64,000 nt of DNA from Candidatus Omnitrophota bacterium (GTDB taxonomy: Bacteria; Omnitrophota; Gorgyraeia; Tantalellales; Tantalellaceae). A model generated the notes under the pieces. That model ran no database searches and was not told where the DNA came from. It saw nothing but the letters and a program-made list of their open reading frames with translations. Every line of letters starts with the position of its first letter. Positions within the stretch are counted from its first letter, which is position 1. The position numbers and the translations under genes are program-made. Below, in pieces: positions 19,927-29,793 of this stretch. The DNA lies in assembly GCA_015231405.1 (NCBI GenBank), contig JADGBR010000003.1:93549-157548 (forward strand), given 5' to 3'.

Positions 19927-20937
19927 ATGGTCAGGGTAGCGGTAGTAGGCGCGACGGGGTATACGGGAGAAGAACTTATAGAATGTCTTTTAAGGAATTC
20001 TAATGTCGAGATAACTTCACTCTCGGCATTGATCGATAAACCCACCAAGTTCTCTTCTCTGCACCCGAGATTCGCCGGTCGGACCGACATAACATGCAAG
20101 GAACTCAATGTGGATGAGGTGGCGGAAAAGGCAGATGTCGTTTTTCTCGCTTTGCCGCACACTTTATCCATGAAGTTCGCGCCTCAATTGCTCGCTAAGG
20201 GCAAGAGGGTCATAGATCTGTCCGCGGATTACAGGCTTCCGGCTGATGTTTATGAAAAATGGTACACGGGGCATCTCGACAAAGGCAACATAGAGAAGGC
20301 CGTGTACGGGCTTCCGGAGTTGAACAGGAAAAAAATAAAGGGTGCGGCCTTTATCTCTAATCCGGGATGCTATCCCACAAGCGTTATTTTGGCGCTTTTG
20401 CCGCTTATTAAGCTTATTACCGCGGAGGGCGTAGAGCCGATAATCGATTCCAAGAGCGGGGCTACGGGTGCCGGGAGAAAAGCCGCGCTTAGCTTATGTT
20501 TCGGAGAGGTCGACCAGAACCTCAGGTGCTATAAAGCTAACGAACATCAGCATATGCCTGAGATGGAACATGTTCTATCTAATGCGGCGGGAAAAGCGGT
20601 GAAGCTGCATTTTACGCCGCATCTTCTGCCGATACGTAGGGGTATAATGTCGACCATTTATCTGAAGGGCGAATCTTTTAAGGACGCCGGTAAATTGCAT
20701 GGCCTTATGACGGAGTATTATAGGAACGAGCCTTTTGTCAGGATAAGGCCTTTCGGGACGTTCCCGGAGATACTTGAAGTGGCCGGAACGAATTACTGCG
20801 ACATAGGCATAAAGCACGCCGGCGGCATTACGATCATAGTGTCGGTCATAGATAACCTTTTAAAAGGCGCCAGCGGTCAAGCTACGCAGAACCTGAACAT
20901 TATGTGCGGATTCGACGAACGGACAGGGCTTATTTGA
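19927..20937 (+). CDS. argC: N-acetyl-gamma-glutamyl-phosphate reductase
   Basis: GATGYTG, DLSADYRL, NPGCYPT, SGATGAGR, DNLLKGASGQA.QN. Confidence 0.97.
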   Translation: MVRVAVVGATGYTGEELIECLLRNSNVEITSLSALIDKPTKFSSLHPRFAGRTDITCKELNVDEVAEKADVVFLALPHTLSMKFAPQLLAKGKRVIDLSADYRLPADVYEKWYTGHLDKGNIEKAVYGLPELNRKKIKGAAFISNPGCYPTSVILALLPLIKLITAEGVEPIIDSKSGATGAGRKAALSLCFGEVDQNLRCYKANEHQHMPEMEHVLSNAAGKAVKLHFTPHLLPIRRGIMSTIYLKGESFKDAGKLHGLMTEYYRNEPFVRIRPFGTFPEILEVAGTNYCDIGIKHAGGITIIVSVIDNLLKGASGQATQNLNIMCGFDERTGLI

Positions 20938-20940
20938 AAC

Positions 20941-20989
20941 GTAGGACGTGAGACGTAGGACGTCCTACGTCCCACATCCTACGTCCTAC
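20941..20989. repeat. Heptamer array, GTAGGAC x3 followed by inverted GTCCTAC x4
   Basis: Read directly; degenerate 7-bp units in a hairpin arrangement. Confidence 0.85.
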
Positions 20990-21030
20990 GTTAACTCATG
21001 GGTTGTCGATCACGACGAGAAGGGTGGAAT

Positions 21031-22218
21031 ATGGGGACAAAACTACCGAAGGGATTCACGGCAAACGGCATTCACTCGGGGCTGAAAAAGAAGAGGAAGG
21101 ACCTTTCCCTTTTCTTTTCGAGCGAGCTTTGCGAGTTCGCCGCGCTTTTCACTAAAAATGTGGTCAAAGCCGCGCCGATAATAGTCGGTGAGGATATCCT
21201 CGAACGCTCGAAAGGGTTGAGGGCGGTAATAGTCAATTCAGGTAACGCGAACTGTATGACAGGTGACGAGGGTATTAAGGACGCTAAAAGGATGTGCTCA
21301 ATAACGGCTAAGGCCCTGGGTGTTAAGGAGAACGAAGTATTCGTGTCCTCTACAGGGATAATAGGCCGGCGTATGGACCTCACCCCGGTCGAGAAAGGCA
21401 TGAAGGACCTGGTGGGCGGATTGTCAGTGGATGGGTTCCAGCTGGCCGCCGAAGGGATAATGACGACGGATAAATTCATGAAGGTAGCTACGGCGGAGTT
21501 TAAACTGAACGGAAAGAAAGTGATCATTTCGGGAGTGACGAAAGGGGCCGGCATGGTAAAGCCGGAAATGGCTACCATGCTCGCGTATATTCTCACGGAC
21601 GCGTCGATCTCGAAGAGCGCCCTTCTTAACCTGCTCAAGGAAGTGAACGACGAGACATTCAACGCCATAACAGTGGACGGCGATATGAGTACCAACGATA
21701 CGGTTGTTTTACTGGCGAACGGCAAAGCCGGGAACAGGAAGATAGAATCGGGGGATAGCGGGTACTTGCTGTTCAAGGAGCACCTGGCGGATGTTATGAC
21801 ACGCCTTGCAAAGATGATAGTCGAGGACGGTGAAGGCGCCTCGAGGATAATGGACATCAAAGTGAAAGGGGCTGGGACTAAAAAGGAAGCCAGGCAGGTA
21901 GCCGGGGCTATAGCCGATTCTCTTCTCCTCAAGTGCGCCGTGCATGGCGGCGACCCCAACTGGGGAAGAGTGGCCGCGGCGGCTGGAGCCGCCGGCGTGG
22001 ATTTCGACCCGGATAAAATGGAGATAGCGCTCGACAATGTGGTCTTTTTCAGGAACGCGAAGTGCATAGTGCCGTCCAAAGCTAAGAGGAACAAGGTATT
22101 TAAGGGTAAAGAGGTCGAGATAACGGTCGATCTCCACGAAGGGCAGTGCGATGCCAGAATGTGGGCGAGCGATATGACGAGGGAGTATATAAAGATCAAC
22201 TCGTTCTATTCGACATAG
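21031..22218 (+). CDS. argJ: Ornithine acetyltransferase / N-acetylglutamate synthase
   Basis: NSGNANC.TG, STGIIG, IMTTD, KGAGM..P.MATML, DGDMSTND, DGEGA, DPNWGR. Confidence 0.97.
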   Translation: MGTKLPKGFTANGIHSGLKKKRKDLSLFFSSELCEFAALFTKNVVKAAPIIVGEDILERSKGLRAVIVNSGNANCMTGDEGIKDAKRMCSITAKALGVKENEVFVSSTGIIGRRMDLTPVEKGMKDLVGGLSVDGFQLAAEGIMTTDKFMKVATAEFKLNGKKVIISGVTKGAGMVKPEMATMLAYILTDASISKSALLNLLKEVNDETFNAITVDGDMSTNDTVVLLANGKAGNRKIESGDSGYLLFKEHLADVMTRLAKMIVEDGEGASRIMDIKVKGAGTKKEARQVAGAIADSLLLKCAVHGGDPNWGRVAAAAGAAGVDFDPDKMEIALDNVVFFRNAKCIVPSKAKRNKVFKGKEVEITVDLHEGQCDARMWASDMTREYIKINSFYST

Positions 22219-22219
22219 G

Positions 22220-22253
22220 GATTGCTTCGGGCACTTCGTGCCCTCGCAATGAC
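22220..22253. repeat. Solo half of the GATTGCTTCG...CTCGCAATGAC palindromic repeat
   Basis: Identical to the internal right arm of the MITE copy at 36284. Confidence 0.85.
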
Positions 22254-22269
22254 GGAAATAAAGGACAAT

Positions 22270-23130
22270 ATGCAGGAAGCGATAAGAAAGAGCGAGGTGC
22301 TGATAGAGGCGTTGCCGTATATAAAGAAATTTTACGGCAAGATCGTGGTCATTAAGTACGGCGGCAGTTCCATCCACAGGGAAGAGGAAAGGGACAAGGT
22401 CCTCCAGGATATTATTTTCATGAAATACGCCGGGATGAAGCCGATACTTGTCCATGGCGGCGGACCTAACATCAGCCAGAAGCTTAAGGAAGCTAACATA
22501 GTCACCCAGTTCATAGACGGGCTCAGGGTGACCTGCGAAAGGACCATGGGGATCGTGGATTCGGTCCTTACCGGTATTAACAGGGACCTTGTCGCGGAGA
22601 TCAACCAGCTAGGGGGAGAAGCGTTCGGCTTGTCGGGAAAAGAGAATAATCTTATCCAGACAAGGCCCAAGGACGGGGCTAATGGGTTGGGATATGTAGG
22701 GACTATTAACGCGGTTGATACTACCATTATAGCCAGACTTATAGAAACGAACATGATACCCGTCGTCTCTCCGGTCGGTAAGGGCGACGACGATAAATTA
22801 TATAACGTGAACGCGGACGAAGCGGCGTACAGTGTGGCGTCTGCGCTCAGGGCTGAAAAGATAGTTTTTATGACGGATGTGATCGGCGTTATGGCGAACA
22901 AGGACGACGCCGGTTCGCTCTATCATTCGCTTACGGCCGATAACGTGAAGAAGCTTATCAATGACGGAGTGATAACCGGGGGAATGCTGCCCAAAGTGAA
23001 CGCCTGTTTAAGGGCCATCGAGGGCGGAGTGCAGAAAGCGCATATAGTACTGGCCGGTCTTCCGCACGCGCTTCTTCTCGAGATATTCACAGATAAAGGT
23101 ATCGGAACGGAGATAGTGGGGAGTAAGTAG
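22270..23130 (+). CDS. argB: Acetylglutamate kinase
   Basis: EALPYI, VIKYGG, VHGGGP, GLRVT, NVNAD, GGMLPK, LLLEIFT..GIGT. Start taken at the ATG after AAGGA. Confidence 0.96.
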   Translation: MQEAIRKSEVLIEALPYIKKFYGKIVVIKYGGSSIHREEERDKVLQDIIFMKYAGMKPILVHGGGPNISQKLKEANIVTQFIDGLRVTCERTMGIVDSVLTGINRDLVAEINQLGGEAFGLSGKENNLIQTRPKDGANGLGYVGTINAVDTTIIARLIETNMIPVVSPVGKGDDDKLYNVNADEAAYSVASALRAEKIVFMTDVIGVMANKDDAGSLYHSLTADNVKKLINDGVITGGMLPKVNACLRAIEGGVQKAHIVLAGLPHALLLEIFTDKGIGTEIVGSK

Positions 23131-23138
23131 ATTGTGCA

Positions 23139-23168
23139 CCCTCCTTCGCCAAGGCTTCGGAGGGCAGG
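23139..23168. mobile_element. 30-bp hairpin+CAGG insert within a GTGCACGG octamer repeat
   Basis: CCCTCCTTCGCCAAGGCTTCGGAGGG-CAGG; removing it restores GTGCACGGGTGCACG as seen at 29552. Confidence 0.6.
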
Positions 23169-23193
23169 CGGGTGCACGGGTTGTTGTAAAGGA

Positions 23194-23221
23194 CCATAGT
23201 CCATGGTCCATGGTCCATGGT
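23194..23221. repeat. CCATGGT heptamer x4
   Basis: Read directly; same unit at 26841-26868 and inverted at 53148-53175. Confidence 0.85.
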
Positions 23222-23249
23222 CAAACGGTGTTGATACAAAGGAAGCAAA

Positions 23250-24437
23250 ATGAACTTATCTGAAATAAAGGAACTATACGGCAATTACGTCCTGAATACC
23301 TATTTCAAACAGGATCTCTGTCTCGTTAAGGGCAGGGGCGCGAAGGTCGAGGACTCGGAGGGGAAGAAGTATCTGGATTTCTTTCCGGGCTGGGCCGTGA
23401 GCGGTATCGGGCATTGTCACCCGCTCGTCGTGAAAAGGGTGAAGGAACAGCTCTCTAAAATAATGCATGTCTCGAATAATTTTTACAGCGAGCTTCAGCC
23501 GCTTCTGGCTAAAAAAATAATCGAGTATTCTTTCCCCGGCAGGGTCTTTTTCGCGAATAGCGGGGCCGAGGCCAACGAAGGCGCGATAAAACTGGCGAGG
23601 AAATACGGCTCCGCTTCCGGGCGGTACGAGATCATCACCATGGAGAAGTCTTTTCACGGACGTACGATGGCGGCTATCAGCGCGACCGGGCAGGATAAGG
23701 TAAAGCACGGGTTCGAGCCGCTCCTTGAAGGGTTTAAACACGTGCCTTTTAACGATATAAATGCCGTTCTTCAAGCCGTTACGCCTAAAACGGTAGCCGT
23801 GATGGTTGAGCCCATACAGGGTGAAGGCGGGATAAACGTTCCTGACAAGGAATATATGAAGGCTCTTTCGGCTATATGTAAAGAGAAGGATCTGCTCCTC
23901 ATCCTGGACGAAGTTCAGACCTGCATGGGCCGTACGGGCGAGATGTTCGCGTACAGGCTCTTTGATGTCGAGCCCGCGGCGATAACGCTCGCGAAATCGC
24001 TTGGGGGAGGCATGCCCATAGGGGCGCTTGTCGTGGCCGAACGGTTCAAGGATGTTCTTGTTCCTGGAAATCACGCCTCGACTTTCGGCGGGAGCCCCAT
24101 AGTATGCTCGGCGGCTTTGGCGGTATTCGAGGCTATCGAGAACGAAGGGCTTCTTGAAAATACGCGTTCCATGGGTGAATATCTCAGGGAAAAGCTGGAG
24201 AAGATAAAGAAAAAGACCGGTCTTATAAGCAAGGTGAAGGGACACGGCCTCATGGTGGGCGTCGAGCTCAATATGGAGGATGGCGGTCCTCTCGCGGTAA
24301 AATGCCTCGGAGGCGGTCTTCTCATAAACTGCACACAGAAGAATATTCTCCGGATAATGCCGCCGATGAATGTCGGTAAAAAGGATATAGATAAGGCCAT
24401 GAAAATACTCCAAAAAGCCATGGAGTCGACACAGTAA
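23250..24437 (+). CDS. argD: Acetylornithine aminotransferase
   Basis: FFANSGAEANEGAIKLARK, SFHGRT, EPIQGEGG, DEVQT..GRTG, LAKSLGGG, HASTFGG. Confidence 0.95.
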   Translation: MNLSEIKELYGNYVLNTYFKQDLCLVKGRGAKVEDSEGKKYLDFFPGWAVSGIGHCHPLVVKRVKEQLSKIMHVSNNFYSELQPLLAKKIIEYSFPGRVFFANSGAEANEGAIKLARKYGSASGRYEIITMEKSFHGRTMAAISATGQDKVKHGFEPLLEGFKHVPFNDINAVLQAVTPKTVAVMVEPIQGEGGINVPDKEYMKALSAICKEKDLLLILDEVQTCMGRTGEMFAYRLFDVEPAAITLAKSLGGGMPIGALVVAERFKDVLVPGNHASTFGGSPIVCSAALAVFEAIENEGLLENTRSMGEYLREKLEKIKKKTGLISKVKGHGLMVGVELNMEDGGPLAVKCLGGGLLINCTQKNILRIMPPMNVGKKDIDKAMKILQKAMESTQ

Positions 24438-25354
24438 TGAATAAGGACCTGGTAACGATATCGAGTTTGAGCGAATCCGAGATAAGGGAGCTCCTGGTCC
24501 TTACGGGTAAGCTCAAGAAGTCCCCTTTCCTAATGGGAGAGCCGTTAAAACAGAGGACGCTGGCGCTTCTTTTTCAGAAGCCCTCGAACCGGACGCGCAT
24601 ATCTTTCGAGGTCGCTATGACCCATCTCGGCGGATATACGTTATACCTGAGCCCCGGAGAGATCGACATGGGAAGGCGTGAGCCGCCCAAGGACGTGGCC
24701 CAGGTCCTTTCACGCTACGTGGATTGCATAGTGGCGAGGGTATACGCCCACGACGATATAATCACGCTTGCCGAAAATTCGAGCGTCCCGGTGATAAACG
24801 GCCTTTCGGACAGGGCGCATCCGTGCCAGGCGCTATCCGATATTTTTACGGTATTGGAAAAATTCGGGACCTTCAAAGGGATAAAGCTCGCTTATGTGGG
24901 CGACGGGAACAATGTCCTTAATTCGCTCATGATAGCCTGCGCCAAGGTTGGCCTGGATATCGTTACGGCTACGCCCCGCGGGTATGAGCCGACGGAATCT
25001 ATTGTTAGCGAGGGTATCGAGATAGCCGCGAAGACCGGCTCTTCCGTCAAGGTGATGAAAGATCCGTTCGAAGCGGTGCGCGGCGCGGACATCGTTTACA
25101 CAGACGTCTGGGTCAGTATGGGGCAGGAAGACGAAAGGGATAAGAGGCTTAAGGATTTCAGGGACTACCAGATAAACGAGAAGTTAATGAAAAGTACGGA
25201 AAAAAAGACGCTTCTCATGCATTGTCTACCGGCGCATCGCGGCGAAGAGGTAACGGACGTCATAGACGGTCCGAACTCGATCATATACGATCAGGCGGAG
25301 AACCGCATGCATATGCAGAAGGCGATATTATATACTTTGTTGGCAAAAAGATAA
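24437..25354 (+). CDS. argF: Ornithine carbamoyltransferase
   Basis: SNRTR, HPCQ, GDGNNV, DVWVSMG, HCLP, QAENR. Confidence 0.96.
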   Translation: MNKDLVTISSLSESEIRELLVLTGKLKKSPFLMGEPLKQRTLALLFQKPSNRTRISFEVAMTHLGGYTLYLSPGEIDMGRREPPKDVAQVLSRYVDCIVARVYAHDDIITLAENSSVPVINGLSDRAHPCQALSDIFTVLEKFGTFKGIKLAYVGDGNNVLNSLMIACAKVGLDIVTATPRGYEPTESIVSEGIEIAAKTGSSVKVMKDPFEAVRGADIVYTDVWVSMGQEDERDKRLKDFRDYQINEKLMKSTEKKTLLMHCLPAHRGEEVTDVIDGPNSIIYDQAENRMHMQKAILYTLLAKR

Positions 25355-25363
25355 GTAACCAGT

Positions 25364-25537
25364 CAGATTGTGTCGCAATTCGAATATTAGCTCAATTCGT
25401 CATTGCGGGGAGTGAGCGACGAAGGAGCGAATGACGAAGCAATCCCTGTAAAAATAATTTATAGAGATTGCTTCGGGCACTTCGTGCCCTCGCAAAGACG
25501 GTCATTTTGTTGAAAATTGTTATTGTGACAAAGTATG
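25364..25537 (+). mobile_element. MITE copy A (174 bp) with AGT target-site duplication
   Basis: Ends CAGATTGTGTCGCAAT...ATTGTGACAAAGTATG, flanked by AGT on both sides. Confidence 0.85.
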
Positions 25538-25618
25538 AGTGGCCAGTAAACAGATGCAATAAAGACAGGGCGTTTAACGCTCTGGTTACTATTTCGTAAC
25601 ATTTATGGAGGATGGAGC

Positions 25619-26791
25619 ATGTCTAAGAAGAAAGTAGTACTCGCGTATTCCGGCGGGCTCGACACATCAGTGGCGATACGCTGGCTGATGGATAAGGGGT
25701 ATGAGGTTATCTGCTACATGGCGGATGTCGGGCAGGGGGCGGATACTAAGGACGCCAGGGACAGGGCTTTTAAAATAGGGGCGAAAAAATGTTTCGTGGG
25801 CGACCTTAAGAAGAAGTTCGTCACGGATTACGTGTTTCCCGCGATCAAGGCCGGGGCGCTCTACCAGGGAAAGTACAACCTGGCGACAGCCCTTTCGAGG
25901 CCCATAATAGCCGACGCCATGGTCGAAGTCGCGAAAAAGGAAAAAGCCGATTTTGTCGCGCACGGCTGCACCGGTAAAGGCAATGACCAGGTCAGGTTCG
26001 AGGTGACGTTCCACGTTAAAGCGCCGGGTATCAAGGTGTTCGCTCCTGTACGCGAATGGGAGCTTAAAACCCGCGAGGATGAGATCGACTACGCGGCTAA
26101 AAAAGGTATCCCGATAAACCAGACAAAGAAGAAACTTTATTCCATAGACCACAACCTCTGGGGGATAAGCGTAGAAGGCGGCCCTCTCGAGGACCCGTGG
26201 CTGGAGCCGCTGGACAATACCTATGTATCCGTCGTGCCGCCGGAGAAGGCGCCGTCCAAGCCGGAATACGTGAGCGTCTCTTTTAAAAAAGGCGTACCGG
26301 TTGCTGTCAACGGAAAGACCATGGACCCGGTCGAGCTGATCATGAAACTGAATAAGATAGGCGCAAAACACTCACTCGGCAGGATAGACATGATAGAGGA
26401 CAGGTTGGTTGGTATCAAATCGCGCGAATTGTACGAAGCTCCCGCGTCGGCGATACTTTACGAAGCCCATACGGCGCTCGAGGAACTCGCGCTCGACAGG
26501 GAGACCAGGCGCTTCAAAAAAGGCGTTTCGGACTGTTATTCGGAGCTCGTGTATTACGGGCTTTGGTTCACTCCTCTTAAAGTCGCGCTGGACGCTTTCG
26601 TCGACGTCACACAGGAAAGGGTCACCGGTGAAGTGAGGATAAAGATGTATAAAGGTAAAGCCTCGGTAGCTTCGAGGAAAAGCCCGTTCTCGAGATATTC
26701 GAAGAAGCTGGCGACTTACGGCGAAGGCGACGTCTTCGACCAGTCGCTCGCGAAAGGATTTATAGACATTTGGGCAATGCCTTACAAATGA
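25619..26791 (+). CDS. argG: Argininosuccinate synthase
   Basis: LAYSGGLDTS, HGCTGKGNDQVRFE, YSIDHNLWG.S.EGG, GIKSRE.YEAP. Confidence 0.98.
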   Translation: MSKKKVVLAYSGGLDTSVAIRWLMDKGYEVICYMADVGQGADTKDARDRAFKIGAKKCFVGDLKKKFVTDYVFPAIKAGALYQGKYNLATALSRPIIADAMVEVAKKEKADFVAHGCTGKGNDQVRFEVTFHVKAPGIKVFAPVREWELKTREDEIDYAAKKGIPINQTKKKLYSIDHNLWGISVEGGPLEDPWLEPLDNTYVSVVPPEKAPSKPEYVSVSFKKGVPVAVNGKTMDPVELIMKLNKIGAKHSLGRIDMIEDRLVGIKSRELYEAPASAILYEAHTALEELALDRETRRFKKGVSDCYSELVYYGLWFTPLKVALDAFVDVTQERVTGEVRIKMYKGKASVASRKSPFSRYSKKLATYGEGDVFDQSLAKGFIDIWAMPYK

Positions 26792-26809
26792 GTAATGGGA
26801 TAAGCGTAA

Positions 26810-26868
26810 GGTCGAAGGTGGAAGGTCGAAGGTCGAGGGGCCATGGTCTATGGTCCATAGTCCATGGT
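26810..26868. repeat. Adjacent heptamer arrays GGTCGAA x4 and CCATGGT x4
   Basis: Read directly. Confidence 0.8.
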
Positions 26869-26885
26869 CTGACAAGGAGGCTAAA

Positions 26886-28265
26886 ATGAGCGCGAAGCTG
26901 TGGGGCGGGCGTTTCCGGAAGGACTCGATGGACTCACTTGTCATGAAATTCACTTCCAGCCTCGATGTGGACAAGATCCTCTTGAAGTATGACTGTTTGA
27001 GCACAAAGGTCCATGTGGAGATGCTCGAGAAAACGGGATATGTCACCCCAAAAGAGAGAAAGGAGATAACCCGGGCTCTCGACCTCCTCATTAAAGACCA
27101 TGATAAGATACTCGCCGGCGTGAAAGGCTACGAGGATATACATTCTTTTGTCCAGGACTTCGTCGAGTCTAAGGCACCCCAGGCGGCGAAAAAAATGCAT
27201 ACGGGGAGGTCCAGGAACGAGCAGGTGGTCAACGACGTGAGGCTCTACTGTATGGAAGAGATAACGGCGATACGGCGCCTTATAGCGGAACTCGAGATGT
27301 CGCTGGTCGAACTCGCCGAGGAGAACATAAAGGTCATCATCCCGGGATACACCCACTTGAACCATGCCCAGCCGATACTTTTTTCGCATCTCGTTATGTC
27401 ATATGTCGAGATGCTTGAAAGGGACTCTTCGAGACTTCTGGACGCCAGGAAGCGCGTCGATATGTCAGTGATGGGTTCGGGCGCGATAGCCGGTTCCGCT
27501 CTCAGGCTGGACAGGGAGTTCACCGCCCGAAAGTCAGGTTTCAGCGGGATATCGGCCAATAGTATCGATTCGGTCAGTGACAGGGATTTTATTGTCGAGA
27601 TAGTCTCGGCGATAAGCATGCTGGGCGTGCATCTTTCGAGGATCAGCGAGGACTTCATCCTATATTCGACGGGCGAGTTCGGTTTTATAGACATAGGGGA
27701 AGAGTATTGTACCGGGAGCTCTCTCATGCCGCAGAAGAAAAATGCGGACGTACTTGAGCTGGCTAGGGGCCGATCATCGTTCTTTATAGGAGCGCTCGCT
27801 TCGCTCCTTACTCTTCTCAAGGGACTGCCGCACGCCTATAACAGGGACCTGCAGGAGGACAAGAGGCATCTTTTCGAGTCGGTCTCGGCCGTAAAGGACG
27901 AGCTCCTTGTTCTATCGAGGCTGGTCGGGACGATCACCGTGGAAGAGGCCGGCATCGCCGCGCAGATGGACGACGAGTTCCTTCTCTCGACCGACGTCGC
28001 CGAGTATCTGGTGGAAAAGGGCATGCCTTTTAGGGAAGCCCACGCGGTCGTGGGGGCCATGGTCAGGTATTGCATCGATAACGGCAAGGGATTTACCGGG
28101 CTGGATGTTCGAGAGCTCAAGGGGTTTTCGGAGGTTATCGGCGGCGACATATCCCGGATACTCAGCCACGAGTATTCCGTAAAGAACAAAAAAACGCCCG
28201 GCGGGACAAATCCCCGACATGTCGGGAAAGAGATAAAACGCTGGAAACGAAAACTGGAGATATAA
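26886..28265 (+). CDS. argH: Argininosuccinate lyase
   Basis: KLWGGRF, HTGRSRNEQ, PGYTHL..AQP, TGSSLMPQKKN, YNRDLQEDK; RBS AAGGAGG. Confidence 0.97.
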   Translation: MSAKLWGGRFRKDSMDSLVMKFTSSLDVDKILLKYDCLSTKVHVEMLEKTGYVTPKERKEITRALDLLIKDHDKILAGVKGYEDIHSFVQDFVESKAPQAAKKMHTGRSRNEQVVNDVRLYCMEEITAIRRLIAELEMSLVELAEENIKVIIPGYTHLNHAQPILFSHLVMSYVEMLERDSSRLLDARKRVDMSVMGSGAIAGSALRLDREFTARKSGFSGISANSIDSVSDRDFIVEIVSAISMLGVHLSRISEDFILYSTGEFGFIDIGEEYCTGSSLMPQKKNADVLELARGRSSFFIGALASLLTLLKGLPHAYNRDLQEDKRHLFESVSAVKDELLVLSRLVGTITVEEAGIAAQMDDEFLLSTDVAEYLVEKGMPFREAHAVVGAMVRYCIDNGKGFTGLDVRELKGFSEVIGGDISRILSHEYSVKNKKTPGGTNPRHVGKEIKRWKRKLEI

Positions 28266-28268
28266 TTT

Positions 28269-29519
28269 ATGAATGACTTCACGTATAAGGACAACGCTCT
28301 GTATTGCGAGAACGTGCCTGTCAAGGCGATAGCGGATAAGTTCCCGACGCCGTTTTACCTGTACAGCTACGCCACATTTATGGACCATTTCAGGAAGATA
28401 AAAAAAGCTTTCGAAGCGGTAGATCCGCTTATCTGTTTTTCGATGAAGTCGAACTCGAATCTCAGTATAGCCAGAGCGCTGGTCAGGGAAGGGGCCGGGC
28501 TCGATATCGTTTCGGGAGGGGAGCTTTTCAAGGCTCTCAAGGTTGGGTGCCCCGCTGATAGGATAGTTTACGCGAGCGTTGGGAAGACCGAAGCGGAGAT
28601 AGAGTCCGCGATAAGGAGCAACATCCTTTTTTTTAACGTCGAGTCAGTGCCGGAACTTATCATGATAGACACCGTGTCGCGCAGGCTGAAAGAGAAGCCG
28701 AGGGTCGCTCTCAGGGTCAACCCGGACGTTTCGGCCGATACGCACGAATACATAACTACCGGAAAAAAGGAAAACAAGTTCGGGATAGATTTTACGACCG
28801 CCGAGGATATTTTCGATAACGAGAACAAGTACTCGAATGTAAGTCTTGAAGGCATACACGTACATATAGGCTCGCAGATAACCGATACCGAGCCTTTTGT
28901 GAAAGCGATATCGAAGGTGATAGAATTCCTGGAGAAGAGCGCCGTTTCCGTTAAGTGGCTCAATATAGGAGGCGGGTTCGGCATAACCTACGGCCAGGAG
29001 AAAGCCAAGACCGCGGAAGAATTCGCCTCCAGGATCATTCCGCTTGTAAAGGGTAAGGGGTTCAGGCTGATACTCGAGCCGGGCAGGTTCATCATAGGTA
29101 ACGCGGGTATACTGGTGGCGAAGGTGCTGTACATAAAGACAACTTCGGGTGGTAAACGTTTCGCGATAGTGAACGCCGGCATGAACGACCTTATAAGGCC
29201 GAGCCTGTATGACGCCTATCACGAAATAACGCCGGTAGTTAAGCTCCGGTCGGAAACGCACATGTATGATATAGTCGGCCCGATATGCGAAAGCGGGGAT
29301 TTTCTGGGCAAGAACAGGGAACTGCCGGAGCTTGTGGAGGACGAATATCTCGCTGTGATGTCGACCGGCGCTTACGGTTTCGCGATGGCGTCGAATTATA
29401 ATTCACGTCCGAGGCCGGCGGAGCTTCTGGTGAAGAACGGCAGGGTCAGGGTCATACGCCGCGCGGAGACGTATAAAGACCTGATCAGCTGCGAGAAGAT
29501 GCTTAAGGAGTTAAAGTAG
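28269..29519 (+). CDS. lysA: Diaminopimelate decarboxylase
   Basis: SMKSN, DIVSGGEL, HVHIGSQ, EPGR, VGPICESGD, GAYG..MASNYNSR. Confidence 0.97.
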   Translation: MNDFTYKDNALYCENVPVKAIADKFPTPFYLYSYATFMDHFRKIKKAFEAVDPLICFSMKSNSNLSIARALVREGAGLDIVSGGELFKALKVGCPADRIVYASVGKTEAEIESAIRSNILFFNVESVPELIMIDTVSRRLKEKPRVALRVNPDVSADTHEYITTGKKENKFGIDFTTAEDIFDNENKYSNVSLEGIHVHIGSQITDTEPFVKAISKVIEFLEKSAVSVKWLNIGGGFGITYGQEKAKTAEEFASRIIPLVKGKGFRLILEPGRFIIGNAGILVAKVLYIKTTSGGKRFAIVNAGMNDLIRPSLYDAYHEITPVVKLRSETHMYDIVGPICESGDFLGKNRELPELVEDEYLAVMSTGAYGFAMASNYNSRPRPAELLVKNGRVRVIRRAETYKDLISCEKMLKELK

Positions 29520-29574
29520 GGACGACTGGTTTTGTGCACGGGTTTGGAAAAGTGCACGGGTGCACGTGTTCAAC

Positions 29575-29780
29575 GTAGGGGAGGCCCTTGCAGGCTGTGT
29601 CGCAATTCGAATATTAGCATAATTCGTCATTGCGAGGAGTGAGCGACGAAGGAGCGAACGACGAAGCAATCCCTGTGAAAATAATAAGTTACAGAGATTG
29701 CTTCGGGCACTTCATGCCCTCGCAATGACGGCCAATTTGTTCGAAATTGTTATTACGACACAGTCTGTTGTGGCCGCCCT
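29575..29780. repeat. GTAG-REP interrupted by MITE copy B
   Basis: GTAGGGGAGGCCCTTG | MITE | TTGTGGCCGCCCT. Confidence 0.85.
29591..29767 (+). mobile_element. MITE copy B (177 bp) with TTG target-site duplication
   Basis: Ends CAGGCTGTGTCGCAAT...ATTACGACACAGTCTG, flanked by TTG on both sides. Confidence 0.9.
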
Positions 29781-29793
29781 TGACGAGGTAAAA

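Noticed and set aside
21072-24413. Long antisense ORFs (21072..22199, 23274..24413; likewise 62207..63253 and 29689..30591)
   Set aside because: They are shadows of well-conserved + strand genes, with no recognisable motifs.
29698-29793. N-terminal extensions of dapF (also argB 22222, dapB 31527, argH 26850, dnaE 60473) in the ORF track
   Set aside because: The extensions run through repeat elements, and homology begins at the downstream ATG.
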